64,000 nt of DNA from Octopus vulgaris (taxonomy: Eukaryota), in the NCBI GenBank assembly GCA_951406725.2, contig OX597832.1, positions 54,870,001 to 54,934,000 on the forward strand, given 5' to 3'. Below the pieces are notes generated by a model. That model searched no databases, was not told where the DNA came from, and was given only the letters and a program-made list of their open reading frames with translations. Positions 50,261 to 64,000 of the stretch are shown piece by piece. Position numbers and translations under genes: made by a program. Position 1 is the first letter of the stretch, and each line of letters opens with the position of its first letter.

Positions 50261-50854
50261 AATAATAATTATATAAAACAAATTGACATTCTAAAACTAT
50301 TTATTATCGCGGTATTAAAGACTACATGATTACGTATCTTTTGCGTCATTAATAAATATTGCAATAAGCGAGACAACCAGATTATTCAATGAAACTCCAC
50401 GTTCAGTTATACAACTTCGTTATTGCATTCCTTCCTTTATTTATGCTGTAAATTGAAGCCTGAAAACGGCGTCATTTATGAAGATAGTAAGACAAGCTGA
50501 CATCTCTGATTCGCCATCATTTTTCTCTATCGTTTTTAAACCGATTTTATGAATGTTACAAATAGAAAGACACAGTCAGAGACGTGAAAACCCTGTTGAT
50601 AAAAAAGCTAATATTAATATTCATTAAAGCGATATAAAAATAAATTGTTTTGTTTTGTCTTTGTTCTGTCATGAACGAAACTGTTTGTTTTAATCTGGAG
50701 AGCAAAATTAAGATAAAGGGAAGCTTGAAATGGCGGCGATAGAGGTGGTGAGGTTTTAACAAATATTGTTGCTGCTGGAAACGTGATGTGACTCCATGTC
50801 TCAATGTTTGGTGATGCACCATACGTACTGATAATAATAACAACAACAACAACA

Positions 50855-50941
<87 letters not shown>

Positions 50942-50944
<3 letters not shown>

Positions 50945-51767
50945 CTAAACGCAAAAGAAATAGACAAAGAAAAATCCCAGCAATGGTTGAGAAGCTCAGG
51001 ACTCAAAGCAGAAACAGAGGGATTTTTAATTGCGGCACAAGACCAAAGCCTCCCCACCAGAAATTACCAAAAACATGTAATGAAAAGAAATATTACAAGT
51101 AACTGCAGAATATGTGGAGATGGACAAGAAACAATAAATCATATTATCTCTAGCTGCCCAGTTCTGGCTAAGAAGGAATATATTCACAGACATGACAGAG
51201 TTGGAACCTACATACATTGGAAGCTATGCCAACATTATGGAATAACAACAGAAAAAAGATGGTATAGGCACACACCAGAAAAGGTCACAGAAAACGAGAA
51301 AGCAACCATACTCTGGGATATGCCGATACACACAGATAGAGAAATTAAGGCCAACAGACCAGATATAGTTGTCAGAGATCATGAAGAAAGAAAATGCTTT
51401 CTAATTGATGTATCAATACCGGCAGATGACAACGTGTCTCTAAAAGAAATGGAGAAACTCTCAAAATACAAAGACCTGGAAATAGAGGTAACTAGAATGT
51501 GGAATCTGAAAACAGAAACAATTCCTATCATAGTAGGTGCATTAGGCATGATAAAAAAATATTCAGACAAATACATAACAAAAACACCAGGACTTACAAA
51601 CACATATAACATACAGAAAATTGCACTACTAGGCACTGCACACATCCTACGCAGAACACTTTCCATACAATAACCATCAGAGCATCACAAATCACAGCAC
51701 ATACCCAAGGCACACAGAGCTGCGCTCGGTAGTGAAGTGAAAGCACGCTATAAAAATAAAACTACTG
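50942..51767 (+). mobile_element. 5'-truncated Dong/R4-clade non-LTR retrotransposon (zinc knuckle plus restriction-like endonuclease) in (TAA)n
   Basis: Uninterrupted frame to the stop at 51673 with ETEGFLIAAQDQ, C-x2-C-x8-H-x4-C (CRICGDGQETINHIISSC), RHD, RPD...IDV, KLSKYKDL, PIIVGALG; ~95-bp 3'UTR; (TAA)n on both sides, the known Dong target. Confidence 0.93.
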
Positions 51768-51786
51768 AATAATAATAATAATAATA

Positions 51787-52088
51787 AATGCCCTGATGCA
51801 GTATCAAGCAGTGGCTCTCATGGCTCCTGATCTTAACTGACTGGAAGTGTTATCATGTACATCGTTTAGTCTTTGTATAAAAGATGGGCTACAGCAAATA
51901 TTCTGCTCAATATCACAGATTTGCTTGTCAGTTGTTTGACCTTAACCAGTTGAGAATGTTCCTTAGTGGCTGATGATATGTGCATCTCTGATCACGAGCA
52001 GAAGTAGTAGGGGAGTATCATAACCATGTGTTGAGAGGGATTCTTTGGGGTTGGATAATTCACCTTTGGAAACATGGGTGTTTCGCAA
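51787..52088. mobile_element. Unclassified (TAA)n-associated repeat, truncated copy
   Basis: Highly similar to 53846-54140. Confidence 0.8.
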
Positions 52089-52170
52089 ACACACCAGCAT
52101 CGTTTGTCAAGCGATGTTGGGGGGGGGGTAACAAACACAGACACACAAACATAGACACCCGCACATACAC

Positions 52171-52253
<83 letters not shown>

Positions 52254-52425
52254 CATATACCCGAGGGGTTTCTTTCAGTTTCCGTCTACCAGATCCACTC
52301 ACAAGGCTTTGGTCGGCCCGAGGCTATAGTAGAAGACACTTGCCCAAGCTGTCACGTTGTGGGACTGAACCCGGAACCATGTGGTTCGTAAACACGCTAC
52401 TTACCACACAGCCAATCCTACGCCT
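52085..52425 (-). mobile_element. SINE-B
   Basis: Family motifs. Confidence 0.88.
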
Positions 52426-52855
52426 CGTTCGAAAATTTGAAACAATTGTAATAACAAGTGATTGTTTTAAAAGGGAGATGGGTCGGTTTCGTGCTTATAT
52501 GTTTCGTTGTTGATAACTTTGATTAAAATCTTTGCCGCAGTCACGAAAACAGCTCCTGCTATTAACCTCCGGAAATGAAAAGATTTTAACGTTTTGTTGG
52601 ATAAACGAGCGATTGTGCTGTCCATGTCTTTGACACCGATTTTAATGTAATTAAACTATTCCAAACAGAAACTAAAACCAGGATGTCGATTCCGGATGCC
52701 AGGACTTTACAGACCAAACAAAGAAATAAAAACAAAAACAAAGCGGAATCTAAATGTGAAAACAATATCAGTGATTGCGATGGCAATGTAAACAACAGCA
52801 ACAGGAACAACGACACGACAAGGACAAGAGCCTAACCCTAACAGCAGCAACGACG

Positions 52856-53055
52856 TGGAGGCGCAATGGCCCAGTGGTTAGGGCAGCGGACTCGCGGTCG
52901 TAAGATCGCGGTCTCGATTCCCAGACCGGGCATTGTGAGTGTTTATTGAGCAAAAACACCTAAGTTACACGAGGCTCCGACGCGGGTGGGATGGGGTGAA
53001 CCCCTCTGTACTCTTTCACCACAACTTTCTCTCACTCTTTCTTCCTACTTCTGCC
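52856..53055 (+). mobile_element. SINE-C 5' half
   Basis: Head with A and B boxes. Confidence 0.88.
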
Positions 53056-53337
53056 ACAAAGCAGAGGAACCATGGTGTAACCCATTATGGTGTGGTAAAA
53101 CTTTCAGACCCTAGTCTAGATTGCCAATCTTCTGTACCCCAGGATGGTTCAGCTCTCCACCCTTTAAAAGCCACCGTTTACAGAATGAGGATAACAACGT
53201 AGCTTTCGCGCCCGTGCAACCGCCATTCTATCGCGTGTGGTGGGTGGATCTTCAAGTTGCCACACGCATTCTTAGTAGCTTAGAGTAGGCTCGAATTAGA
53301 GATTATTCTTTGTGGCTAATGGCGTGAGTCCTGATTG

Positions 53338-53490
53338 GAAGAAGAAGAAGAAGAAGAAGAAGAAGAAGAAGAAGAAGAAGAAGAAGAAGAAGAAGAAGAA
53401 GAAGAAGAAGAAGAAGAAGAAGAAGAAGAAGAAGAAGAAGAAGAAGAAGAAGAAGAAGAAGAAGAAGAAGAAGAAGAAGAAGAAGAAGAA
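53338..53490. repeat. Pure (GAA)n, about 50 units
   Basis: Directly visible. Confidence 0.98.
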
Positions 53491-53757
53491 GCGACGATGG
53501 CAGCAGCAGCAACAAATGAGATGGACAACAGTAACAAGAATGATAATCCTTTCTACTAAAGGCACAAGGCCTGAAATTTGGTGGGGGGTGCTAGTCCATT
53601 ATATCAAACCCAGTGCTCAACTGGTACTTAACTTACCGACCCCGAAAAGATGAAAGGCAAAGTCGACCTCGACGGAGTTTGCACTCAGAACGTAAAAACG
53701 GATAAAAGGCCATTAAGACTTTTCCCTGGTCTGCTACGACTCTGCCAGATCGCCGCC

Positions 53758-53821
<64 letters not shown>

Positions 53822-53845
53822 TGATAATGATAATGATAATAATAA

Positions 53846-54403
53846 ATACCCTGATGCTATACCAGGCAGTGGCTCTCGTGGGTTCTGAGCTTAACTGATT
53901 GGAAGTGTTATCATGCACATTGTTTAGTCTTGGTATAAAAGACGGGCTACAGCAAATATTCTGCTCAATACCACAGATTTGCTTGTCAGTTGTTTGACCT
54001 TAACCAGTTGAGCATGTCCCTTAGTGGCTGACGATATGTGCATCTCTGATCACGAGTAGAAGTAGTGGGGGAGTATCATGGCCATGTGTTGAGAGGGATT
54101 CTTTGGGGTTTGGATAATTCACCACTGGAAAAAATGTGTGTTTTGTTCATCATCCTTAAACAACTTTTATTCAGGGACCTTTTGAGCGGGATGGGCTACT
54201 CGACCAGAAGAAAATTCTAACTGGGCCCCCACCTGCAAGGTCATGTTCTGTTTATCTTGATATGAGATCACCATGTCGCACACATATGGTTGTTATGCAT
54301 GTGCCTGGTGTACCCTTATCAGACGGGTATTCATGATGGGTATACTGGGCTTCGTATATTTTACCCCAGTGTCACTTTGATGGCATGCACTGCCCTCTCA
54401 CTC
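53846..54403. mobile_element. Unclassified ~560-bp non-coding element between (TAA)n and (TAA/TGA)n tracts
   Basis: Second copy at 51787 shares the same left junction AATAATAAAT(G/A)CCCTGATGC. Confidence 0.75.
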
Positions 54404-54412
54404 AATAATGAC

Positions 54413-54484
<72 letters not shown>

Positions 54485-54615
54485 AATTTTTGGAGGAAGA
54501 ACAGGGAAATATGAGAAAGCAAATATTTGCATTCCAAATGAGTTTCTTAAGGCTGGTGTTGATAAACAAACTGTTTCTTTTGACAGCCTACGAATCACGT
54601 TTCGCAGAAGAAATG

Positions 54616-54694
<79 letters not shown>

Positions 54695-54696
<2 letters not shown>

Positions 54697-55073
54697 GTTT
54701 CAAATTTTGCCACAAGGGCAGCAATTTTGGGTGAGGGGATGTGCCGTTTACACCGACCCCAGTATTTCACTGCTACTTCATGTATTCGATCCCGAAAGGA
54801 TGAAAGGCAAAGCAGATCGGGGCGGAATTTGAACACAGAACGTAGCGGCAGACAAAATACATATTTCTTTACTACCCACAAGGGGCTAAACACAGAGAGG
54901 ACAATCAAGGATAGACACACGGATTAAGTCGATTATATCGACCCCAGTGCGTAACTGGTACTTATTTAATCGACCCCGAAAGGATGAAAGGCAAAGTCGA
55001 GCTCGGCGTAATTTGAACTCAGAACGTAGCGACAGGCGAAATACCGTGCTAACGTTTCTGCCAGCTCGCCGCC

Positions 55074-55141
<68 letters not shown>

Positions 55142-55170
55142 CTTTTCTACTCTGGGTACAAGGCCCGAAA
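54695..55170 (-). mobile_element. SINE-A dimer between (TAA)n tracts
   Basis: Family motifs. Confidence 0.88.
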
Positions 55171-55229
55171 TTTTGTGGAATTCATCGAAGCCACGGTGAC
55201 AGAGGAGCGCCGGAGTTTTTCTCTTTAAC

Positions 55230-55720
55230 TTAGAGCATGTGGCACTAATGCACCGAGATTTTGGACCTTAACCACTGAGTGAAGGTGACGAGAGACGCTA
55301 TCACAAAACATCCTATCTGCTTGGCCAATTCCTCTGTGGATTAGCTCGTTCAATTGGTCCTTGTTAAACTGAACATGTCAGCTGGAATGCGGAGATTATT
55401 TGAGGTTGAATGAATTTTCCTTCTTTGAAGCGTGAGCAACCATTTCTGTGCAGTTCTTTCAGCAATGGCGCCTTCTTCGTATACAGCACAAATGTCTCGA
55501 GCATTAACTGGAAGCGAAGAGAAGCCGGTTTCAAAAACGTTCATTCTTTTTTTCTATTTGGTACTCCATTGTCATGTGTCTTAATAGAGGTAAAATTTAT
55601 TCAAATTTCAAAAGCGATAAACAAAATTTGTAGAGGTAAAATAGAGCATAAAATAACTCGTAAAAGAAACTCGTAAAACACAACAATAAAGCTTGTTTTC
55701 ATGAGCAACCAAATTACAAT
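55230..55720 (-). mobile_element. Decayed mariner transposase 5' fragment (second family)
   Basis: ARDICAVYEEGAIAERTAQKW matches the mariner HTH region. Confidence 0.75.
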
Positions 55721-55862
55721 GGAAAAGAAAAAATGAACGGTTAGCTCCTGCCTCTAGTGTTAGTTAGTCTCGCTTGGGAATCAAGTCAGAAAATCTAATG
55801 ACAGTTGCTTGAGAGAAAACTCTACGGAGGAGATGACATAGGGGCTCTACCACGGAGTAATG

Positions 55863-56282
55863 GGATCTTTTCGGTTTGAACGGCAGTTTTTAACATAATT
55901 TCTAGGTAACTAAAAAATTTTAAACTTCGTATACTCGTAGAATGTGTTTATAAAACATCTTTTTTCTCTTGGTTTTATTGAGAAAATTCTATAGTTTTTA
56001 AGATATTTGTTGTTGTTTTTTCTTAAATTTCTGCAATTTCAACCAATCGATGATGTCTATTGAGGTAAAAAAAACGTTCTGTGCCGTATGAATATGTCCC
56101 TCGTTTAAGAAACAGATTGGGTTTATTTACATTTCTGAAGAAAAAAGATACCCTTCCCCCCACCCCTAACCCTAACCCTAAAACAGATTGAAATGCAATA
56201 GATTGATACTAGGGTCATAATTATGGGTGACAATTTCATATGACACCGCTAGAAAAAACTGCCGTTCAAACCGAAAAGACCC
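55863..56282 (+). mobile_element. Merlin-like MITE, copy 4
   Basis: TIRs; TSD GAGTAATG/GAGTAACG; internal (CCCTAA)3. Confidence 0.92.
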
Positions 56283-56744
56283 GAGTAACGAACTGAGAAG
56301 AATAGATGTAGTAAAAATGGATGAAAAAAAAAGGAAATTTATCTGACAACTCAGCAGAAGCTATTTATCAGTAACACATTGATTTTATTATCATTGTAAG
56401 ATGTGTGGTTAAAATAGTAGGTCATTAGATCGCTATTTGTCCCACAAACATTAAAAAACAAAGGTTTGTGATTAGCTGTGTCTCCCTATCGCAACGTGAA
56501 CCGTGCTATATAACAACTATCTTAGTTATTCCATGTCAACAGCGTACGTTTGTTCCTGATTTCGTCGTCTGCTTCGGCTGCTAAATTGGAGCTGACATTT
56601 CTGTTACATTTTAACTAAATACTTTCGCAGATCACATCAAATGATTCGCAGAGAAAAGACCTTTTCTTGACAAATTAAAAACATTGTTTCAAACTTGAAG
56701 TTTGTACTCTCCTTTCATCTCTTTCCCTCCTCACCTTCTCTGTC

Positions 56745-56795
<51 letters not shown>

Positions 56796-56798
56796 GTA

Positions 56799-56876
<78 letters not shown>

Positions 56877-56897
56877 CATATATATATATATATATAC

Positions 56898-56930
<33 letters not shown>

Positions 56931-57330
56931 CATATATTCTCTCTCTCCTTTTTCTTCATTTTTTTCTTTCGTTTTTCGTTCTTTTTCTTTCTTCTTTACT
57001 TTCTCTTTTCTCTCTTTGTATTTGTAACCTTCTGTTTTCATTCTTCTCTCAATGTCTCGTCATTTTCCTCTCACCCCTTCTCCCACGCCACTCTCTCTCT
57101 CTCTCCTCTTCTTCTTCTTCTTCTTCTCTGCAATCTCTTTCTCATCCCCCATTTCATAACCCGTCTCGCCATTTCCATTTCTACTTTAGTATTTTCCTAC
57201 TCATTTCCACCCGACACCAATGGAATCTACTTTCAAATCTTAGTCTGTATACATACATACATACATACATACATAGTCAGACACACGCAAACAAACACAC
57301 ACACACACACGCGCATATATATATATACAT
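56745..57330. repeat. (CT)n/(TA)n and pyrimidine-rich low complexity
   Basis: Directly visible. Confidence 0.9.
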
Positions 57331-57332
57331 AT

Positions 57333-58220
<888 letters not shown>

Positions 58221-58293
58221 TTTCACACATTAACTTGTGAAGATTGAACCACGCAAAACACTAAAGAAAGAAACCAAAGATGCTTCTTGTAAT

Positions 58294-58782
58294 AAATACA
58301 TCTAAAGCAAAGCTTTTCATGGTGTGGAGGCACATGGCCTAGTGGTTAGAGCAGCGGTCGAGGGACCGCGGGTTCGAATCTCAGACCGGGCGATGTGTGT
58401 ATTTATGAGCGAAACACCTAAGGCGACAGTGGTGGACTTGAGACACGTGTCTCAAGTCCCCGACGCTATTAAGGAACGCTATAGAATTTCTTCTTCAGTC
58501 TCTAGCGCATGTGCATGAGGGAACTTCCTTATGCCTTTCCAGAAGGTTCCAGAAGGTTCCAACCTCGCATACACACACTGAAGAAGGACGTTCCGCACAC
58601 GCACACTGAAGAATGACGTTGCGTGTGCGCACACTGGAATATGACGTCACTACAAATACATCTAAAGCAAAGCTTTTCATGGTGTGGAGGCACATGGCCT
58701 AGTGGTTAGAGCAGCGGTCGAGGGATCGCGGGTTCGAATCTCAGACCGGGCGATGTGTGTGTTTATGAGCGAAACACCTAAG
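58294..58782 (+). repeat. 129-bp direct duplication (58294-58422 and 58654-58782) flanking a 231-bp insert
   Basis: Copies differ at 2 positions; the second continues into SINE-E (to ~58942). Confidence 0.93.
58536..58649. promoter_or_regulatory. Five-pentamer heat-shock-element consensus and CRE
   Basis: tTTCcaGAAggTTCcaGAAggTTCc at 58536-58560; TGACGTCA at 58642-58649; motif match only. Confidence 0.4.
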
Positions 58783-59430
58783 CTCCACGCGTGTCCGTCA
58801 GAAGGTAATGGCGAACTTTTGCTGACTCTTTTGCCACAACTTTCTCACCTACGAAGGACCGGCGTCCCGTCCAGGTGGGGAACCTATACGCCAAGGAAAC
58901 AGGAAAGCCGGCCCTAATGAGCAGGAACAAACAACAACAACAAAGCTTTTTATGGACCCTTAAAATACTACTATGGATCCCAAATTTACTATTTTGCTTG
59001 CGTGTCCCCCCACCCAATACCACCACAACCAATTTTATATGGTTGCTCGGGGATCATATGAGCCTCTGTTGTGAACCTGCGAACCACTGCGTCAAGTTTA
59101 GCCGTCCTTCATAACTCGGTACCGTTGCAGCCGTTAATTATTGCTGGATTCTTTGTGGTCGTGAGAAGATATAGACATCTCTGCCCTGCATATTTCAACA
59201 GAGTAGGCGCGTGGCTTAGTGGTTTGGGGTGTTGGACTCATGATCTTAAGACAGTGGTTTCGATTCCTGGACCGGGCCATGCGTTGTGTTCTTGAAGAAA
59301 ACACTTCATTCACGTTGCTCCAGTCCACTCAGCCGGCAAAAATGAGTGATCCTGCGACGGACCGGCGCCCCGTCCAGCTGGGGCGTGTATACACCGGGAA
59401 ACCGGCCCTTGTGATTCTGTATGACTTCAA

Positions 59431-59915
59431 GCCTCTTCTCCTTATCTCCTCAAAGACATACATCATGAAAGAGTCCAGAAGCTGGCTACCCGCATGGTTC
59501 TTGGTCTCAAGCATTTGTCTTATGAAGAAAGGCTGAAGACGCTCGACCTTTATTCTCTAGAAAAACGACGACGCCGTGGTGATCTCATTCTTGCTCACAA
59601 CATCATAAGCGGAAAGTGTAACCTCTCGAAAGAGCTGTTCTTCACTCCTGCTCCAGAGCGTCGGCTGCGGGTCACTCCGAAAAGCTCTATCTGCGACGAT
59701 TTCATCTCAATCGAAGGAGGGGGGGCTTTCTCCGTCCGTGTTGCGGATCCTTGGAATAAGCTGCCGGACGAGATAGTGAAGATGCCGACGACCGCTCGGT
59801 TCAAAGTCTCTCTTGACCAGAAATGGCCTGAACTTTTTGCATGAACACCACTCCATGTCCCCCTACATGGCCTTGCTTTTTGGTTTTTGAGCCCAAAAAT
59901 TAACTAACTAACTAA
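59431..59915 (+). mobile_element. CR1-clade LINE 3' end (ORF2 C-terminus, frameshifted)
   Basis: ERVQKLATRMVLGLKHLSYEERLKTLDLYSLEKRRRRGDLI...FSVRVADPWNKLP; (TAAC)n tail. Confidence 0.9.
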
Positions 59916-60749
59916 GAAGGTAACTTTACTACATTTCAACCCGGCGGAACATCAAGGATACGACGGGGTAAGGGTGCTGTACCAGTAATAAGGCAGTAGT
60001 TATTTTCACCTGATAGAGTGAAAATAATGTGCTTTACTGAAAGACACAACATCCCATCCGATCTAAGAATCGAAACCACAGCCTTATGATCGTGGCTCAG
60101 CACGTTAAATACTACACTATTTGCCTTCATATCAACACACAAAGATAAGTATGTGAATGATACAAAATTTATGTCGCAGTCATTAAATGTGAGAATTCAC
60201 TACACTTGCCCTTGTAAATATAATAAGAACCAATTAGAGCGAAACGTCTCGCGTTTTTAATTCACAGAGGTTACGCCAGTTGAAATAACACTCGTAGTTT
60301 TACATAAAATACTTCTCACATTACTCAATCGTCGCAGTTCAATGACACAGGAAAAAAAACCAACAATGATATTATATGAATAAAATAAAATGCATATCAT
60401 GCTACGTCGGATTTTTTTCTATAAATACTGACGCTTTCAATAGATTTTACGAATTGTTATTTAACTCTGATAGACACCGTGCTTGGAAGATTAATTAGCA
60501 CGCCGGGCAAAATACTTAATAGGTTAGTATCGGTTGAACAGCGAGGTCGATGTCCCTGCGAAACTATTGACCTTGTACTGAAATTTATACCAAAATTCGA
60601 AACCGATAAATAATTTGTATATATCTTTTGTGTCTTCAGAAAAAGAAAAAGAAAAAAAAAAAGCTCCATGCTCTACAGCCTGTGAATCATACGATAAAAT
60701 GTATTCAGCAGTATTCTTTCGTTATTGGTATATAAAATAACAACTGCAA

Positions 60750-61352
60750 AGGCGGCGAGCTGGCAGAGACGTTAGCGCGCCGGGCGAAATGCCTAGCGGT
60801 ATTTCGTCTGCCGTTACGTTCTGAGTTCAAATTCCGCCGAGGTTGACTTTACCTTTCATCCTTTCGGGATCGATAAATAAAGTACCAGTTACGCACTGGG
60901 GTCGATATAATCGACTTCATCCCTTTGTCTGTCTTTTTTTTCCCCCTCGATGTTTAGCCCCTTGTGGGTAGTAAAGAAATAGGTATTTCGTCTGCCGCTA
61001 CGTTCTGAGTTCAAATTACGCCGAGGTCGACTTTGCCTTTCATCCTTTCAGGGTCGATAAATAAATAAAATACCAGTTACGCACTGGGGTCGATGTAATC
61101 GACTTAATCCGTTTGTCTGTCTTTTTTTTCCCCCTCTATGTTTAGCCCTTTGTGGGTAGTAAAGAAATAGGTATTTCGTCTGCCGCTGCCTTCTGAGTTC
61201 AAATTCCGCCGAGTCGACTTTGCCTTTTATCCTTTCAGGGTCGATAAATAAAATACCAGTTACGCACTGGGGTTGATGTAATCGACTTAATCCCTTTGTC
61301 TGTCCTTGCTTGTCTCCTCTATGTTTAGCCCCTTGTGGGCAATAAAGAAATA
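60750..61352 (+). mobile_element. SINE-A trimer
   Basis: Head, three cores and terminal GGGCAATAAAGAAA. Confidence 0.92.
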
Positions 61353-61720
61353 TACATAAAATAACCACTGCAGTAATTGCCAATAAGATGAAAGTAAAAG
61401 AATGTTTTTTTTTTGTTTGTTTTTTTCCCATCTTCGTTTTTTCCTCTTTAATTCTTCGTACGTTGAAGAAATGGCTGAATGGGAGATACTGAAAGCGCTT
61501 GAGACATTTGTGAAAGAGTAAAGTAATAATGCCGCGTTGATTGAAGAGAATTGCTTCCTGGGAGATATATTCATATAACACATGGTATTGATTGGGTAAT
61601 TGAGTGTCATGTGACTGTAGGATTAACTCATTTTTCAATGACGTGTTCTGTTCAACCAACGTATTTTCATGTCAACCGTGAGACGTGCGCAGATGGTGAA
61701 AGCTCGGCACTGTTTTAACT

Positions 61721-62970
61721 GTGGAGACGCAATGGCCCAGTGGTTAGGGCAGCGGACTGGCGGTCGTAGGATCGCGGTTTCGATTCCCAGACCGGGCGTT
61801 GTGAGTGTTTATTGAGCGAAAACACTTAGAGCTTCTCGAGGCTCTGGCTGGGGGTGGCAGCGAGCCCTGCAGTACCCTTTCACCGCAACTTTCTCCCACT
61901 CTTACTTCAAGTTTCTGTTGTACCCGTATTTCAAAGAGCCAGTCTTGTCACGCTCTGTGTCACGCTGAATCTCTCGCGAGAAATACGTTAAGGGTACACC
62001 TGTCTGTGTAGTACTCAGCCACTTGAACGTTAATTTCACGAGCAAGCTGTTCCGTTTATCAGATCAACTGGAACCCTCGTCGGCGTTTTGACCAAGAGGC
62101 GTAGGAGTGGCTGTATGGTAAGAAGCTTATTTACCAACCACATGGTTCCAGGTTCAGTCCTAGTGCGTGGCATCTTGGACAAATGTCTTCTACTATAGCC
62201 TCGGGTCGATCAAATCCTTGTGAGTGGATATGGTAGACGGAAACTGAAAGAAGTACTTCATGTATATGTTTGTTGAGTGTGTGTGTGAGAGAGTGTAGGT
62301 GCGCGTGTATGTGTGTATGAGTGTGGGTGTGTGCATGTGTGTTTGAGTGTGTGTCTGGGTGCGTGAGTGCGTGTTTGTGTGTGTGTGTGTGTGTCATTGT
62401 GTGTGTGTGTGTCTTTGTGTGTGTGTGTGTATCTTTGTGTCTGTGCTTGACCTCCTTCACCATTTGACAACCGGTTTTAATGTGCTTAACCCCACCCTCT
62501 CACTCCGTACCTTCGGGGTTTCGCAAAAGAGATCGACATAATAACTACCAGTTTAAAAATAAAAGTACTGGAGTCGAACCAATCGACTAAAATTCCTCGA
62601 AGCGGTGCCCCAACATGGCTACAGTCTAATGACTGAAACAAAATAAGATTATAAAAAAATAAAACAACAGGAAAAAAAATATTCCAAAACATCATTTGGA
62701 ATTCCACGAAAAATACGGAACCTTCCAGTATTATTTTATTGTCGATTATCACCAATTATTATAGATACAATGGCGGCAACCTGACAGAAACGTGAGCAGG
62801 ACGGACAAATGGCGTTTCTTCTGTCTTTGCGTTCTGAGTTCAAATTCGAAGACGTTGACTTTGGCGTTCATCCTTTCGGAATTCATAAGATAGATATTCG
62901 TTGAGCTTTGGGGGTCGATGTAATCTACTACTGCCCTTCTCCCTAAGGTGTGGATCTCGTGTCTACAGTA
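61721..62970 (+). mobile_element. SINE-C (61721-62085), SINE-B (62097-62650) and diverged SINE-A (62770-62970)
   Basis: Family motifs. Confidence 0.87.
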
Positions 62971-63009
62971 ATAAGGGTTGTATATACAAACGTACATGTA
63001 TGTATGTAC

Positions 63010-63811
<802 letters not shown>

Positions 63812-64000
63812 TTACTCATCCTTCTTCTCTCTGCTATCTATCGCGTTGCAATTTCCAACCAATACCTCATTTCATAGATGCTGCCATATAATCGCTATCG
63901 CCGTTTATTCCCTCAAGACATTTCCATCTCAAATTATAGCACAAACTTAAAATCTTAACTCTTAGGCACATCTAATGCAAATGCGTGTGTGTGTGAGTTT

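Noticed and set aside
50804-50941. N-terminal poly-Ile extension of the Dong ORF
   Set aside because: It is the (TAA)n target read in frame; the element is 5'-truncated and lacks RT.

Overview
AT-rich, repeat-saturated eukaryotic genomic DNA. The tRNA-derived SINE families and extreme microsatellite load suggest an octopus (cephalopod) intronic or intergenic region; this is my recognition of the families, not a database search. No intact host gene, RNA gene or CRISPR array is supported, and almost all ORF-track entries are microsatellite or SINE artefacts. Real content: at least five tRNA-SINE families (often multimeric), a 5'-truncated Dong/R4 retrotransposon in (TAA)n, CR1 and Tx1/L1-like 3' ends, mariner/Tc1 remnants, four copies of an 8-bp-TSD MITE with internal telomeric repeats, pogo/Tigger-type MITEs, Helentron-like elements and foldbacks. 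Highlights: (1) at 1.7-3.7 kb, a head-to-tail array of divergent retroelement 3' ends separated by a duplicated 16-bp junction; two units encode the same unrecognised C-terminal domain, with a third homolog at 39 kb; (2) about a dozen Penelope-type hammerhead-ribozyme-like cores, one nearly perfect and one fused behind tRNA-like Pol III heads; (3) a 231-bp insert with a 26-bp palindrome, a five-unit heat-shock element and a CRE, flanked by a 129-bp direct duplication. Coordinates of decayed repeats are approximate.
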